From positions 96,001 through 160,000 of IMG/VR virus record IMGVR_UViG_2510065010_000001: a DNA stretch of 64,000 nt; one strand, 5' to 3'. The stretch is from a virus (lineage: Duplodnaviria > Caudoviricetes). Positions 17,371 through 27,624 of this stretch are shown in pieces. The notes below the pieces were generated by a model that was given only the letters and a program-made list of their open reading frames with translations, was not told where the DNA came from and did no database searches. A program made the position numbers and the translations under genes. Every line of letters begins with the position of its first letter. The first letter of the stretch is position 1.

Positions 17371-20190
17371 ATGACACAAGGTATTAGTATTCCCAGGAAC
17401 GAGTATGCGTTCCCCAATGTAAGTTTTACAGAATCAATTGTTGGTCCAATTCCCTTTGACGCTCAGTGGAGAAACACCATTGGAGTTGCGGGTGTATTCT
17501 CAAGAGGACCGATAGGACCATCTCGGATAACGGGACGAAGCGAATTTGCCTACAACTTTGGTGAAGATGACTCAGCCGGGTCGCTTTTTATCCGACAGGC
17601 AATGTTGCAAGGTGCAACAAACTTCGTTGTTAGTCGAGTGATGCCAAACCCTGCACGGTCTGCCGGGTCTATTCACCTTCAATCTGGTACTAACCCAACT
17701 ACTTCTGAAGCATTTGTTGCTACAGGTAACGCCCGTACCGTTGGGATGAAATTTGAAGCATCTTACGTAGGTAGCCCCCTTATTCGTCCTGGGGTTTACG
17801 TAGGTGCTGCTGTTCGAGTCGATGCTGCACAACCCCTGTTAATTCCAACTTATCAGGGCATTGGCTACTTTGATTTTCGAGTGATTGAAAAAGTGACAAA
17901 CGATGTCACTCCTTCTCCTACAGTTACCGTAAATATTTCAAATGCTGCAACGACATCAACTTTACAGGTTGTAAGTGCTTCTAGTACGGCTGGTACAGCC
18001 ATCTTAAATAATGCCAAACCCGGTAGAGTTCTTAGGGTTGGTACAGGTGGAACAGGAATTACGTTCAGCTCTGGTGCTGGTCAAGCATACTTACAAGTTG
18101 TAAGTTATCCCTTTCAAATTTCTGCTGGCACCTACGGTGTTTTAGTAAAAGGACAAGTCACAGGCATCGCTAATGATGAAGGTCCTATTACGATCGAAGC
18201 GAGTTCTGTCTCAGACCCAACTTATTTTACTGTTGCCTATTCTTATCGCTCAGGAGATGGCAGTGCTCTTCTGTCAAACTTAGCATCTGCAAGAACCTAT
18301 GAAGGCAACGTTGGTACAGCTGACGGATTTCTAAAAGTTTCAGTCAACAATAAAAACTATCAAAATTTGATAGTTTACACAGATACGTCTGGGACATTTG
18401 CGGAAGTAGACACTGGTATTGATATAGCCATCGGAAATCCTGGAGATTCCGGGGCAACAGAACTTGTACCAACCAGCTCGTTCTCTATTCCATTTATGAG
18501 AGGTGTCGCTAGTGTTGGTGAGAATAACACAGCGGCATCTGGATTCCCAAATACTGCATCAGCATTTGCAAGTGGGTTAGCAGCTGTTGAAGTTCTAAAA
18601 CTGTTACAAAGAGCGATCGCAACTAACACCATTTTGGTTTCGATGCTTGATGACATCAGCGTAAACGACTTCAACTTGCCTTACTCCCTCACGTTTACTT
18701 CAAACTTTTTAGGAGAAGAAGCTAATCGAGTCTCCTACAAGCTGACTCGAACTGTCGGATCTGGCACACCAACAGATTTACAGTTTCAAGATACTGGGGA
18801 TAAATACAACACTAGTATTGCGATGACAGGTGGGCGTAATGCGATGACAAACGCTCAACTGTTCCTGTATGACGTTAATGGTAACGCCTTAGTTCGAATT
18901 GACGCTATCTCACCAGGTAAAACTGGAAATAGCATTCGAGTTACAGTTCGACCGATTCCAGCAGGACAGTTTCGAGTAGAGATTGTAGATGAAACTGGGA
19001 TTAACTACAGTGTCCCAATTAATCCTGAATCTTTCCTTCTCAACAATTACTCTGTTGATCCTCAGACAGGTTTATACCCAGAAACGCTTGATTCTAAACT
19101 GATTCGAGCGTATTTCTTACCTGTTGTCAACTCAAATGGCCAAGCTATCAACAGCTCTATCTATGCGTTAACTCCACAAAGACTTGCACCCCCTGTTCAA
19201 TCATTAGCAAATACGTCTGCCACAACTAATCCCTTACATCCTTCTCACAAAGGTGTTGCATACCTGTCTAATATTTACTTAAAGGGTGGCACCGAACCTG
19301 TTGATTATCAAATAAACGACCCTGGCGAAAAAGATTACGTTGACGCTGTTCGTCGGTTAGAGGACGCGGATTGTGCAATTGTTGCTTTAGCTGGTGTATC
19401 TGCGTCAGACGCTCGATATGAGCTAGCAGTAACCGAACTCACAGCTCAAGCTGAAAGGTCTACAACACTTAACGGATTACGAATTGCTGTGATTTCTGCA
19501 CCTGCTCGTGTCTCAGAAGCAAGAGCATCCAGTGTCGCTTCTGGACTTTCGTCAGATCGCGTAGTAATTGTGTCTGGTTACTCGACCTTGGTTGGTGCCA
19601 GATACTTGGGGGTTAATAGCATCCCGCCTATTGGTATTTACACTGGGTTACTCGCAAACATTCCCCCTCATGTTTCACCAGCTTCAATTAGTAACGGTCA
19701 AGCTGCTGCGGGAGTGCTCTCAGTTGATTCTAAAAGTACTCCAGAATTTCTAGATGCTCTGACACGAGCACGGTTAGAAGTGTTGCATTATGACTCTGGG
19801 TTACGCCTATACAAATTCCTCAATGGGATAACCACAAGTAATGACCCACAGCGCAAGTATGTGTCCGTCAGACGTATGACTGACCAAATTATTATGGACA
19901 TGTATCGTAATCTGCAGTGGGTAAGAAGCGCTCCTAATAACCGGAGTTTACGTGCCAGAGTTGCTTCAGCTTGTGATGCTTATCTCCGTTCACTTCAGCG
20001 AGAAGAAAAGATCTACGCTTGGTCACCCACCATTTGCGATGAGTCAAATAACCCGATTCAAGACATTAGTAATGGTCGATTAAATATTCGACTCACGTTT
20101 ACACCTATCTACCCGGCAGATTTTATCCGGGTGAACGTTGTTCGTGATCTTACTACGGAATTCAGCATCAATACTTCTGCTGGCGCTTAA
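17371..20190 (+). CDS. Contractile tail sheath protein (large, with inserted beta domains)
   Basis: N-terminal PNVSFTE..GVAGVFSRGP..FG and C-terminal YVSVRR..CDESNNP..GRLNIRLTFTPIYPADFI, typical of sheath proteins. Confidence 0.92.
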   Translation: MTQGISIPRNEYAFPNVSFTESIVGPIPFDAQWRNTIGVAGVFSRGPIGPSRITGRSEFAYNFGEDDSAGSLFIRQAMLQGATNFVVSRVMPNPARSAGSIHLQSGTNPTTSEAFVATGNARTVGMKFEASYVGSPLIRPGVYVGAAVRVDAAQPLLIPTYQGIGYFDFRVIEKVTNDVTPSPTVTVNISNAATTSTLQVVSASSTAGTAILNNAKPGRVLRVGTGGTGITFSSGAGQAYLQVVSYPFQISAGTYGVLVKGQVTGIANDEGPITIEASSVSDPTYFTVAYSYRSGDGSALLSNLASARTYEGNVGTADGFLKVSVNNKNYQNLIVYTDTSGTFAEVDTGIDIAIGNPGDSGATELVPTSSFSIPFMRGVASVGENNTAASGFPNTASAFASGLAAVEVLKLLQRAIATNTILVSMLDDISVNDFNLPYSLTFTSNFLGEEANRVSYKLTRTVGSGTPTDLQFQDTGDKYNTSIAMTGGRNAMTNAQLFLYDVNGNALVRIDAISPGKTGNSIRVTVRPIPAGQFRVEIVDETGINYSVPINPESFLLNNYSVDPQTGLYPETLDSKLIRAYFLPVVNSNGQAINSSIYALTPQRLAPPVQSLANTSATTNPLHPSHKGVAYLSNIYLKGGTEPVDYQINDPGEKDYVDAVRRLEDADCAIVALAGVSASDARYELAVTELTAQAERSTTLNGLRIAVISAPARVSEARASSVASGLSSDRVVIVSGYSTLVGARYLGVNSIPPIGIYTGLLANIPPHVSPASISNGQAAAGVLSVDSKSTPEFLDALTRARLEVLHYDSGLRLYKFLNGITTSNDPQRKYVSVRRMTDQIIMDMYRNLQWVRSAPNNRSLRARVASACDAYLRSLQREEKIYAWSPTICDESNNPIQDISNGRLNIRLTFTPIYPADFIRVNVVRDLTTEFSINTSAGA

Positions 20191-20216
20191 TAAGCCGTTA
20201 ATTTAAGGACTTATCA

Positions 20217-20996
20217 ATGACTTTTAATAATGTAAGAACAGTCACTAGCTCGACTGGAAATCCAGTAAACGCTGTCTACGGTGCAGCAGTCAATAACGCC
20301 ATTCTGGACCCCCTTCAGGGGTATGATGCAGATGTTTGGGTGCTTGACCAAGCCACGGGGCGTTATCTGTTAGTTGGTCGGTTTACCAGTATTCAAATTA
20401 CTGTTCGGAACGCAACAGAACCGTATATGGAATTTAACCAACGGGTGCCTCGGTATCTGGATGGTGAAATTCAAATTGGTTGGGTACTAGAACGAGGAAT
20501 GCTCGACACCAGAATTTTGCAACAGACTTTCGGTATTAGTGCTCTTACTCGTGAGCTTAGACTAAACCGTATGGCGCGATTTCAGATCACGTTTGAGTTA
20601 AACGCTGAAGAGCTTCATAATGTGAACCAATCAACGGATGGCAACCGCAACAGCTTGCCACCAGATTATAATGAGTCGGCTGGGATTATCGGGAACGGAG
20701 AGCTGTTTATTAACAGAGGTCCGAGTGAATGGAACCCCAGACGAAGTGCAAAGGGGCAGCTAATGTTGACCTACTGTAAAGTGGATAGCTTTACACTAGG
20801 AGCAATGGCGGGGAGGTCAGTTATTGCAAATAGGTGGGAAGGCTTAGCGGAAGGAATAGAAGAAGTAAATCGTACTTCTATCTGGGCTGGTATCGCGCTT
20901 AACGCATCTTCTGCAGCTAACAACTTACCTGTTGCCAACAATGCCAACCCAGCAGACGGAGTAAACTTAGGCAGACCATCTGGGGTAATACTCTAG
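20217..20996 (+). CDS. Tail tube protein
   Basis: Immediately after the sheath gene; tube-like pattern VGRFTSIQ..EPYMEF..PRYLDG..LERG..LTYCKVDSF. Confidence 0.8.
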   Translation: MTFNNVRTVTSSTGNPVNAVYGAAVNNAILDPLQGYDADVWVLDQATGRYLLVGRFTSIQITVRNATEPYMEFNQRVPRYLDGEIQIGWVLERGMLDTRILQQTFGISALTRELRLNRMARFQITFELNAEELHNVNQSTDGNRNSLPPDYNESAGIIGNGELFINRGPSEWNPRRSAKGQLMLTYCKVDSFTLGAMAGRSVIANRWEGLAEGIEEVNRTSIWAGIALNASSAANNLPVANNANPADGVNLGRPSGVIL

Positions 20997-21002
20997 GTAT
21001 AC

Positions 21003-21035
21003 TCTCTACTTTCCAAACTGTTCGGAAAGTAGAGA
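21003..21035. terminator. Stem-loop between the convergent tube and HNH genes (likely bidirectional terminator)
   Basis: TCTCTACTTTCC / GGAAAGTAGAGA 12-bp perfect stem. Confidence 0.7.
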
Positions 21036-21044
21036 ATATCTTAG

Positions 21045-21698
21045 TTATGATTCTTTTGTTGTTGGAGACTTTCTAGCTGGTTGTGTAAACGCACGTTCAA
21101 TGTCCCATTTATGCTTGTTGATACGTGTGTTTAGAGTTTGGTATGTCATACCTAATGTTTCAGCCCACTCAGCTAAGCATTTTGTCTCACCTTTATAGGT
21201 GATCAATCTGTTTCTGCTGGTATTACGAGCTTGTTCAGTATAAGTTGCCCACTTACAGTTACCGGGTTCGTAGTCTTTGTTAAAGTCAATTCGTTCAATG
21301 GTTAAATTATCTGGCATTTCTCCCATGTCTTCTTTGAAATTTTCAAAGCTGTTTAACCATCGTTCACAAACTTTTATCCCTCTTCCACCGTAATCTTTAT
21401 AAAACTTGTTGTTTGGATTTGTGCACCTAGCTTTCATGTCTAACCAACATTTATACATTCGACTCTTCTTTCCTCTTGTCTGACCGTGACTAATATTGTG
21501 AGTAGCTAAGATTTCAGCTCTATAACACCCACAACTTTTGGTCTTTCCGTTCTTTAACTCTTTTGCGGCAGTCAGTTTCTCATTACCACAATCACAGATA
21601 CATCTCCACAACGGACGACCGCTTTTGTTTGTACCTTCTCGACTAACAGCTACTAACCTTCCGAACCGTTGACCACTTAAGTTATCTAGTTTTGGCAT
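21045..21698 (-). CDS. Free-standing HNH-type homing endonuclease
   Basis: LSGQRFGRL, WRCICDCG, SCGC, YGGRGIKVC.RW and TIERID..YEPGNCKWAT..EQARN match a widespread phage HNH family; antisense insertion in the tail module. Confidence 0.85.
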   Translation of the reverse strand: MPKLDNLSGQRFGRLVAVSREGTNKSGRPLWRCICDCGNEKLTAAKELKNGKTKSCGCYRAEILATHNISHGQTRGKKSRMYKCWLDMKARCTNPNNKFYKDYGGRGIKVCERWLNSFENFKEDMGEMPDNLTIERIDFNKDYEPGNCKWATYTEQARNTSRNRLITYKGETKCLAEWAETLGMTYQTLNTRINKHKWDIERAFTQPARKSPTTKES

Positions 21699-21757
21699 TT
21701 CTCAACACTAATAAAAAAAAACAAAGTATTTAATAAAGGCTTTAGAAATTTCCATTA

Positions 21758-21792
21758 TTGATCGTCTTACACTACCCTCATCCCCTTAAAAT
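21758..21792 (+). promoter_or_regulatory. Possible late-promoter element (TTGATC...TAAAAT)
   Basis: Left half-site and TANNNT at the 29-nt offset; no right half-site; about 28 nt before ATG 21820. Confidence 0.4.
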
Positions 21793-21819
21793 AAAATTGT
21801 CCCAACACTGGTTACTCAC

Positions 21820-22326
21820 ATGAATTCCAACTCTCTCGAAATGCTGAAATTTGTCGCTAATCTTGTTGCCTCCGCACTCGCCCTTAACGCTCAACTTCGA
21901 TCTGAAGTTTCGAAGTTGTCAAAGGAATTAGCAGATGCACTGACACGAGTACCAAATGCTGAACAAGAAGTTGAAGCTGCAAAAGTAGCCCAAGCTGAAG
22001 CTGAAGCTAAACAAAAGTTAGCCGAAGAAGCTAAAATATTAGCAGAAGAACGTGCAGCTGCATTTGAACTACAGCTCAAACAATTTGTTGAGGAAGAGCT
22101 TGCAGAAGACGAGGCTCAAGCTGCGACAGAAAGCGCTTTATATAGTGGTCTTTCTTCTCTAGCAACATCGCTAACGCAAGCACTAAATCCCCCTGTAGTA
22201 GAAGAACTTCCTGTAGAGGAACCCGCTGTAGAAACTCCGATTGAAGAACCTGTAGCAGAACTTCCGGTAGAAGAATCTCCTGGTTTGGAAGAAACAGCAG
22301 CAGAAGGCACTACTGTTGTAGAATAG
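21820..22326 (+). CDS. Acidic coiled-coil protein with a Pro/Glu-repeat tail
   Basis: Heptad A/E/K-rich helix; C-terminal PVEE-type repeats; has its own terminator. Confidence 0.65.
   Translation: MNSNSLEMLKFVANLVASALALNAQLRSEVSKLSKELADALTRVPNAEQEVEAAKVAQAEAEAKQKLAEEAKILAEERAAAFELQLKQFVEEELAEDEAQAATESALYSGLSSLATSLTQALNPPVVEELPVEEPAVETPIEEPVAELPVEESPGLEETAAEGTTVVE
22192..22280 (+). repeat. Imperfect 15-bp coding tandem repeat (PVEEx)
   Basis: cctgtagaggaa-type units recur with a 5-codon period. Confidence 0.6.
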
Positions 22327-22353
22327 TTTAATCAACATTGGAAAGTCGATAAC

Positions 22354-22383
22354 AAGCCGGGGTTTTAACCCCGGTTTCTTTTT
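22354..22383. terminator. Terminator between convergent genes
   Basis: CCGGGGTT-tt-AACCCCGG inverted repeat followed by a T-rich run. Confidence 0.75.
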
Positions 22384-22609
22384 ATTTAATTTGGTACCAC
22401 CAATTCAAGCCACTCTCTAAGGTTCCGCCAGGAATTTTTTTCATATCTCTAACTCCTTGAATTGCAAACATAAACTGTTTTACGTCTGGAACTTCCTTAC
22501 CAATCTCGTGAAGTTTCTTACATATCTGGTCGTACAGTGTGCTTTCTTCTTTGGTTAAAACTCTGGTAGTACCCGCAACAATTGCGCCGTATTTTCTTTG
22601 ATTACTCAT
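22382..22609 (-). CDS. Small hypothetical protein (75 aa)
   Basis: ATG at 22609 is preceded by GGGAGA; the gene ends at the terminator. Confidence 0.55.
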   Translation of the reverse strand: MSNQRKYGAIVAGTTRVLTKEESTLYDQICKKLHEIGKEVPDVKQFMFAIQGVRDMKKIPGGTLESGLNWWYQIK

Positions 22610-22675
22610 ATTGTTCTCCCATGTTTGAAATAATTTCGGGCACATGAACAGTTATTAAAACGTTAACCTACAAGT

Positions 22676-24400
22676 ATGCGACCTGACCTCGGTGACCTTT
22701 GCCACTTTCGTTCCACGTATGTTCCTGTTGCGGCGATTACTGACCTTAACGGGAATATTATTTTTAGCAATGAACAAAAAGACTTAAACGGTAACGCTAA
22801 ATGGTCCGTGTCAGGCATACGAATAATGACCACCCGATTTTGGAGTGCTGCATCTGCGTATGCAATTCTCACTACGGAAGCTTTAAGTCAAGGATTACCA
22901 GAGTACCCGACGAATGCTGCTGGGATTGAACGAGAACTTTGTTTATGGCAAGGATACCTACCAGCTCTCCGCCCAATAGTTCCCCAAGATTTAGGGTCTA
23001 GATTAATAAGACGGTTTGTAGGAGTTGTTGATGTTGTTAAAGCCGTTGGCTCGGCAACAGGCGGTTACACGATTAACATTCAAATGCGCGATCGCATGAA
23101 GTGGTTAATGGATACAGTAGTCACCTATAACCCAACAACTGACAAAGGCGTTGGTTCCAACCCGTTACGTTCCAATATCATTTTGGAAGTAGCTCAGCGT
23201 GGAATTGGGCAGGTTGAAGGAGAGCAGCAAGGTTCTGGATGTGCCGTCTGTGGTAAAAAGATTCTTTGGGACCAAAACTATCTCTACGATTTAGGTGATA
23301 AAGGAAAAGGTAGCTCTCCAAACATATCTTCAGTCCCACCTGCTAACTTGTGGTATCAACCAGGAGGTCCACTTGCTGCTTCTACTCGAACTCAATCTCT
23401 AAAAGTTAATAAAAACCCTTATTTCCGTATTTACACAACTCGCGCCCCTATTAATTTACAACAAGGGACTAACTTTCTTATCTCTCAACAGATTCCGGTT
23501 GACATTCTAAAATTTCTGGCAATGCAAGAAGTTTACCCTACGGAGGTTTTCCAGGATAGTCGAGATGGGAACTTGTATTATGCGCCAAGAGCAAACGACA
23601 CGAGTGGGTTGAAAGACCCCAAGAGGTTTTACAGAACGTACTACTTTAGAGATTACCCACAAACCTACGATATTGGCGGTGGGAATGCAGCACCACCTGA
23701 CCCAAATCAACTACTTATTGCATTTAGCGAAGAGCAATCTTCACTGGGGTTAAAGACAAATTTTTGGGTTCATAAAAATGCACCTACTGCCCAAGGTGCA
23801 TCTGGTGATGAGTGGAGCATTCATCTTAGAGTAAAACCTAAAATTCTTGAAGGGGTGGACTATGCCTGTAAGTTTACTCGTATTTTTGACGATACAATAA
23901 CCACTGCTGAAGAAGCAGCTGTGGTTGCTCTTAACGCAGCTCGGATTATGGGTAAAGAAGTAAGAGCAGCAACAGCAGTGATGCTTGGTGACCCATCTAT
24001 TACACCAGGTGAAGTTATCCAAATCTTAGGATCTCCAATTCAGCCAGGTCGTGGGTTTACAAATGCACTGCAAGACCGACAACAATTTGAGCAGTTTGAT
24101 AAAGCCTATAACGATAACTTGAAAGTTTATGCAGAGCAAGCGATCAAAAATGCTGGCGCAAGTGCTCCTGCTATTCAAGGAGCAGAAGTTACTTTACCTA
24201 TCCACGATGGGTCTAGCGCAAGAATTAAAATCGATGGAAAATCACAGGAAAATCAAGATAGATTAATTTGTGAAGCATCAAGTCAGACAAACGCTGCTTC
24301 AGAGCCTCCTACGATGTGGAGGGTAGAAGCGGTAATTGAAAAATTCAATATATCTGGCAAAGGCTGGACAACTGAAGTAGCTTTAGTTTCACCTTTTTAA
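22676..24400 (+). CDS. Baseplate hub protein (T4 gp27/Mu gp44/P2 gpD-like)
   Basis: EVFQDSRDGNLYY and C-terminal GDPSITPGEVIQI..WRVEAVIEKF..GWTTEVAL pattern; first gene of the baseplate cluster. Confidence 0.7.
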   Translation: MRPDLGDLCHFRSTYVPVAAITDLNGNIIFSNEQKDLNGNAKWSVSGIRIMTTRFWSAASAYAILTTEALSQGLPEYPTNAAGIERELCLWQGYLPALRPIVPQDLGSRLIRRFVGVVDVVKAVGSATGGYTINIQMRDRMKWLMDTVVTYNPTTDKGVGSNPLRSNIILEVAQRGIGQVEGEQQGSGCAVCGKKILWDQNYLYDLGDKGKGSSPNISSVPPANLWYQPGGPLAASTRTQSLKVNKNPYFRIYTTRAPINLQQGTNFLISQQIPVDILKFLAMQEVYPTEVFQDSRDGNLYYAPRANDTSGLKDPKRFYRTYYFRDYPQTYDIGGGNAAPPDPNQLLIAFSEEQSSLGLKTNFWVHKNAPTAQGASGDEWSIHLRVKPKILEGVDYACKFTRIFDDTITTAEEAAVVALNAARIMGKEVRAATAVMLGDPSITPGEVIQILGSPIQPGRGFTNALQDRQQFEQFDKAYNDNLKVYAEQAIKNAGASAPAIQGAEVTLPIHDGSSARIKIDGKSQENQDRLICEASSQTNAASEPPTMWRVEAVIEKFNISGKGWTTEVALVSPF

Positions 24401-24403
24401 TAT

Positions 24404-26440
24404 ATGTCTTTTGAAGTAGATAAGTTATTTGAGGAGTATCAACGGAATAAGTTTCGGCAGTTTGACCAGTACAACAGCCGAGCACAGTCTCCTGTGTTTA
24501 ATTCCATTGTGGGATACGTCGCAGACGTAGATGATATGTCCCGTTTGAGAAACACGTACAACATTATCGTGCCTTCTCTTAATAACATCATGCTTCGCCA
24601 GGTGCCTCGTAAAATTCCAGATGGATTTATTAATGCCAATGGCGTTGGACACTTACCAGCTCCCTTACGTCCAGGTCAGCCAGTTCTTATTAGTTTCACA
24701 AATAACAGTACATCCTTACCTTATATTGACGGTTCGTTTATGATGAACGGTCAGTTGGAGTTGTGGGAAGGAGATAAAATTCCACAGCTGGATACGAAAG
24801 ATACTACTAACCTTGCGTTATTTCCAACTCCACTTCCACCAGAAGCTCTCGCTATTAAAGGAGATGCAGAAGTTAAAGTTCACCCGCTAGTTCTTAGACT
24901 TTCTTCTCCTACTCAACCACAAAATTCTGCCACCGCCTTAGAAGTTCCTGGTACGACTTACATTACTGACGCCTATGGTAATGTTTTTACCTACTTCGCA
25001 GGCGAACGTATAGTCGTCGGTAAAAACGAGCAGAAAGCGCAGGCTGGTGCTCGACAATCTATGGCAGACATGCCGAAGCAGGAATCGCTCAAAAAAGCAA
25101 TTCGTCTTCAAGCACAGATGCTTGAGTCAATGGCACATTGGCGCGTAGCTCTAGCTGGTGAATTTACAATTCAAACTCCACACCCAGAAGCTAAGAGAAA
25201 AAGAAACTTTAATAACGATACATCTGGTAGTCTATCTATTTCTTCTTCTGGGATCTCCGGTCAATTCCAAACCCAAATTGGAGGCACTGAATTTCTCAAA
25301 GATGCTTTCAATAAAATGGACCAAATTAGTAGCTTACTTGATTTAGCTATTCAATCTGGTAATAAGCAGCTAAATTTTTTACAAAAAGTGTTGTTACCTC
25401 TTATTCGAAAGCTTAAAACTCTCTGGGGTAGTGCCAGTGGATTTGGATTGCAACAACTCAGTTTTTCTGTTGATTTACCTTTTAATTTGAAGCTTTCAGT
25501 GTCTATTAGATTCGATGTCAAGACCGGAAAGCTATCAATAAAGGCATCAATAGGTTTTGGCAGTGGTACACCTATTGTAGGTTCACAACCGTTACCCCTT
25601 CGAAGTGAAGGTACTATTATTGCTGGGGGTTACCAACGTCAAGAGAATCCTCAAATTGTTGTAAGGACAACTGTTTCAGAGTACGTTACCTCAACTATTT
25701 ACCAAGATTTTCCTGAACTAGAAGGGTATACTCCTCAAAACCTAAACCACAATCATGTTCCGTATGAGTATGTCAGTAGAGATTTTAATAACCTAAACTT
25801 CGGAACAAACCAAGAGGACGCTTTAACTAGTTTATTAACCCAGTATGGAGTCAGAGATTCGTATCTGATAATTCGTTATCTTGTGCCCTTGGTGAAGTAC
25901 GGGTCTGCCTTTGACTTTCTCAAAATTGCAGCAGTGTTGGCTGACCCACTTCTAACGATAATCATCACAGTGGGTCTTGCTGGTAATGATGCCTTCTCTA
26001 CGACTACACCCTCAACCACAAATGCAGATACGTTGACTCAACTTAATCCAGAGTTAGAAGAAGTAGTGAGCACAATTATTAAACCAGGTATTGTACAGTG
26101 CCCTACTTTACCCGATGAAGCCTATCGTATTCTTTTCTTAGCTCAAAGAGGAGATGTGCAAGGCGCAAAAGAGTTTACTCAGGAGTATTTTAATGTTTTG
26201 ACTCCAGACTATATTTCTTGGGTGGAAGACCTTGAAAACTTTATGGACTGGGCTAATGCAAACCAGCATCCGTTTTATCCTGCGTTATATCAGCTACACG
26301 ATGGTAACTTATTAAACTTTTTTGTCTTGCTTCTGTACCTAAAAACTGGAATAGATGTCAGAGCTTTCCCAAGAGCATATGATGAGCTACGTGCTTATAG
26401 CTTGTTGGCGTTTCCTCAACCAAGGTTGGGAGCAGAGTGA
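24404..26440 (+). CDS. Baseplate protein with an N-terminal gp5/gpV-like OB fold
   Basis: GYVADVDD..PLRPGQPVLISF..PYIDGS resembles the spike OB fold; follows the hub gene. Confidence 0.55.
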   Translation: MSFEVDKLFEEYQRNKFRQFDQYNSRAQSPVFNSIVGYVADVDDMSRLRNTYNIIVPSLNNIMLRQVPRKIPDGFINANGVGHLPAPLRPGQPVLISFTNNSTSLPYIDGSFMMNGQLELWEGDKIPQLDTKDTTNLALFPTPLPPEALAIKGDAEVKVHPLVLRLSSPTQPQNSATALEVPGTTYITDAYGNVFTYFAGERIVVGKNEQKAQAGARQSMADMPKQESLKKAIRLQAQMLESMAHWRVALAGEFTIQTPHPEAKRKRNFNNDTSGSLSISSSGISGQFQTQIGGTEFLKDAFNKMDQISSLLDLAIQSGNKQLNFLQKVLLPLIRKLKTLWGSASGFGLQQLSFSVDLPFNLKLSVSIRFDVKTGKLSIKASIGFGSGTPIVGSQPLPLRSEGTIIAGGYQRQENPQIVVRTTVSEYVTSTIYQDFPELEGYTPQNLNHNHVPYEYVSRDFNNLNFGTNQEDALTSLLTQYGVRDSYLIIRYLVPLVKYGSAFDFLKIAAVLADPLLTIIITVGLAGNDAFSTTTPSTTNADTLTQLNPELEEVVSTIIKPGIVQCPTLPDEAYRILFLAQRGDVQGAKEFTQEYFNVLTPDYISWVEDLENFMDWANANQHPFYPALYQLHDGNLLNFFVLLLYLKTGIDVRAFPRAYDELRAYSLLAFPQPRLGAE

Positions 26441-27624
26441 TGGTTAAAACTTATAAATCAGTTGGACTAAGCTATAACCCTAACGATCTCAAGTTTGGGC
26501 ATGTTAATAACCTAGAGTATTTTTTTGAACGCCGCCGCAATCAAGTAATCTTGCAAGGAGCTTTGAGACTTTATCAACTACAAGCTGCTTATGCCAGGTC
26601 ACTTGTGGAAACACCTTCATACACAGTACTTGCCTTTCGGGATAGTCTACTCTCTATTGCATTAAGTCTTTCTCTCCGGTGTGCTCAAACTAAAGATGTT
26701 TTGTACATGGAGATGACAAACCATGCTTCTACATATTGGGCAAAATACGGCAACACATTTTGGGTTGAGATTCCAGACTACTCTTCCGATCCTGAGTACG
26801 TACCGGATACTGCATTTTGTGGAGTAGCAGGTAGCTTAGCTTTTTTACTTCACCAAAATCAAGATACGGGTGCTGGGTTGTATCCGCATCAGTTATTGCA
26901 GAAAATGTTGGACTATCTCTGGGAAGAACTTGACATTTTGAGTTCGTTAAATCCATCTGAAAAAGTCAACACATTTCTTGAAAAAATTGGGGCTGACCAC
27001 ATTCCATTTGACAAATATGAGTCTGCTTTAACATCCATCGCATCTTCAAACTTAAACGGACTAAGCTCTGAACTACAAACATTTGTAGTTCAAAATATTC
27101 GCCGTAAATTATTAACGCCAAATGACTGGAGCCGTTTGAAACTGCGCTGGTTACTAAAAGAAGTCACCCCTGAAGTTGTTTCCGCAATTATTGCCTTACA
27201 ACTTATAGCTAACCAAGAAGAACAGGTTAGACAACGATTCGGATTACCCATCTCTTCCTTAAATTTAGAAGAGTTTGATGACACCTTGTTATCGTTACTT
27301 CCTCCTGCTGGCACCGTTTTAATGTTTGTAGGGTTTGCAGTTGAAGGATTGTTAAAAGCTATTGTTTCAATAACGGAGACAGACGAGCTTCACTCCATTG
27401 CATATCAAGATTTTTTAGGACGTTCTGATTACGCTGAATTTCGTAGGTCGGTAGCAATGAACCTTTCAACTACTTACGATGCTTTAGGTGCTTTAGGGGT
27501 GTTTAACACTTTGTACGAAGCGAGAGGACTAGCATACAGGATGTACCTAACAGCATTGCAATTAATAGCTGGTCAAACGCCAATATCTAAAACAGAGTTT
27601 ACTCGTCTAAATGGGTTCCTATGA
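26437..27624 (+). CDS. Hypothetical baseplate-cluster protein (helical)
   Basis: Translationally coupled on both sides; no motif recognised. Confidence 0.55.
   Translation: MMVKTYKSVGLSYNPNDLKFGHVNNLEYFFERRRNQVILQGALRLYQLQAAYARSLVETPSYTVLAFRDSLLSIALSLSLRCAQTKDVLYMEMTNHASTYWAKYGNTFWVEIPDYSSDPEYVPDTAFCGVAGSLAFLLHQNQDTGAGLYPHQLLQKMLDYLWEELDILSSLNPSEKVNTFLEKIGADHIPFDKYESALTSIASSNLNGLSSELQTFVVQNIRRKLLTPNDWSRLKLRWLLKEVTPEVVSAIIALQLIANQEEQVRQRFGLPISSLNLEEFDDTLLSLLPPAGTVLMFVGFAVEGLLKAIVSITETDELHSIAYQDFLGRSDYAEFRRSVAMNLSTTYDALGALGVFNTLYEARGLAYRMYLTALQLIAGQTPISKTEFTRLNGFL

Noticed and set aside
5003-22377. Shared CCGGGG/CCCCGG stems at 5003 and 22357 as a mobile repeat family
   Set aside because: There are only two short copies, both at gene ends with T tails; they are ordinary terminators.
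22644-22677. Eleventh copy of the promoter motif (ATGAAC...AAGTAT)
   Set aside because: It has no right half-site and the -10-like hexamer overlaps the ATG of the hub gene, unlike the other copies.
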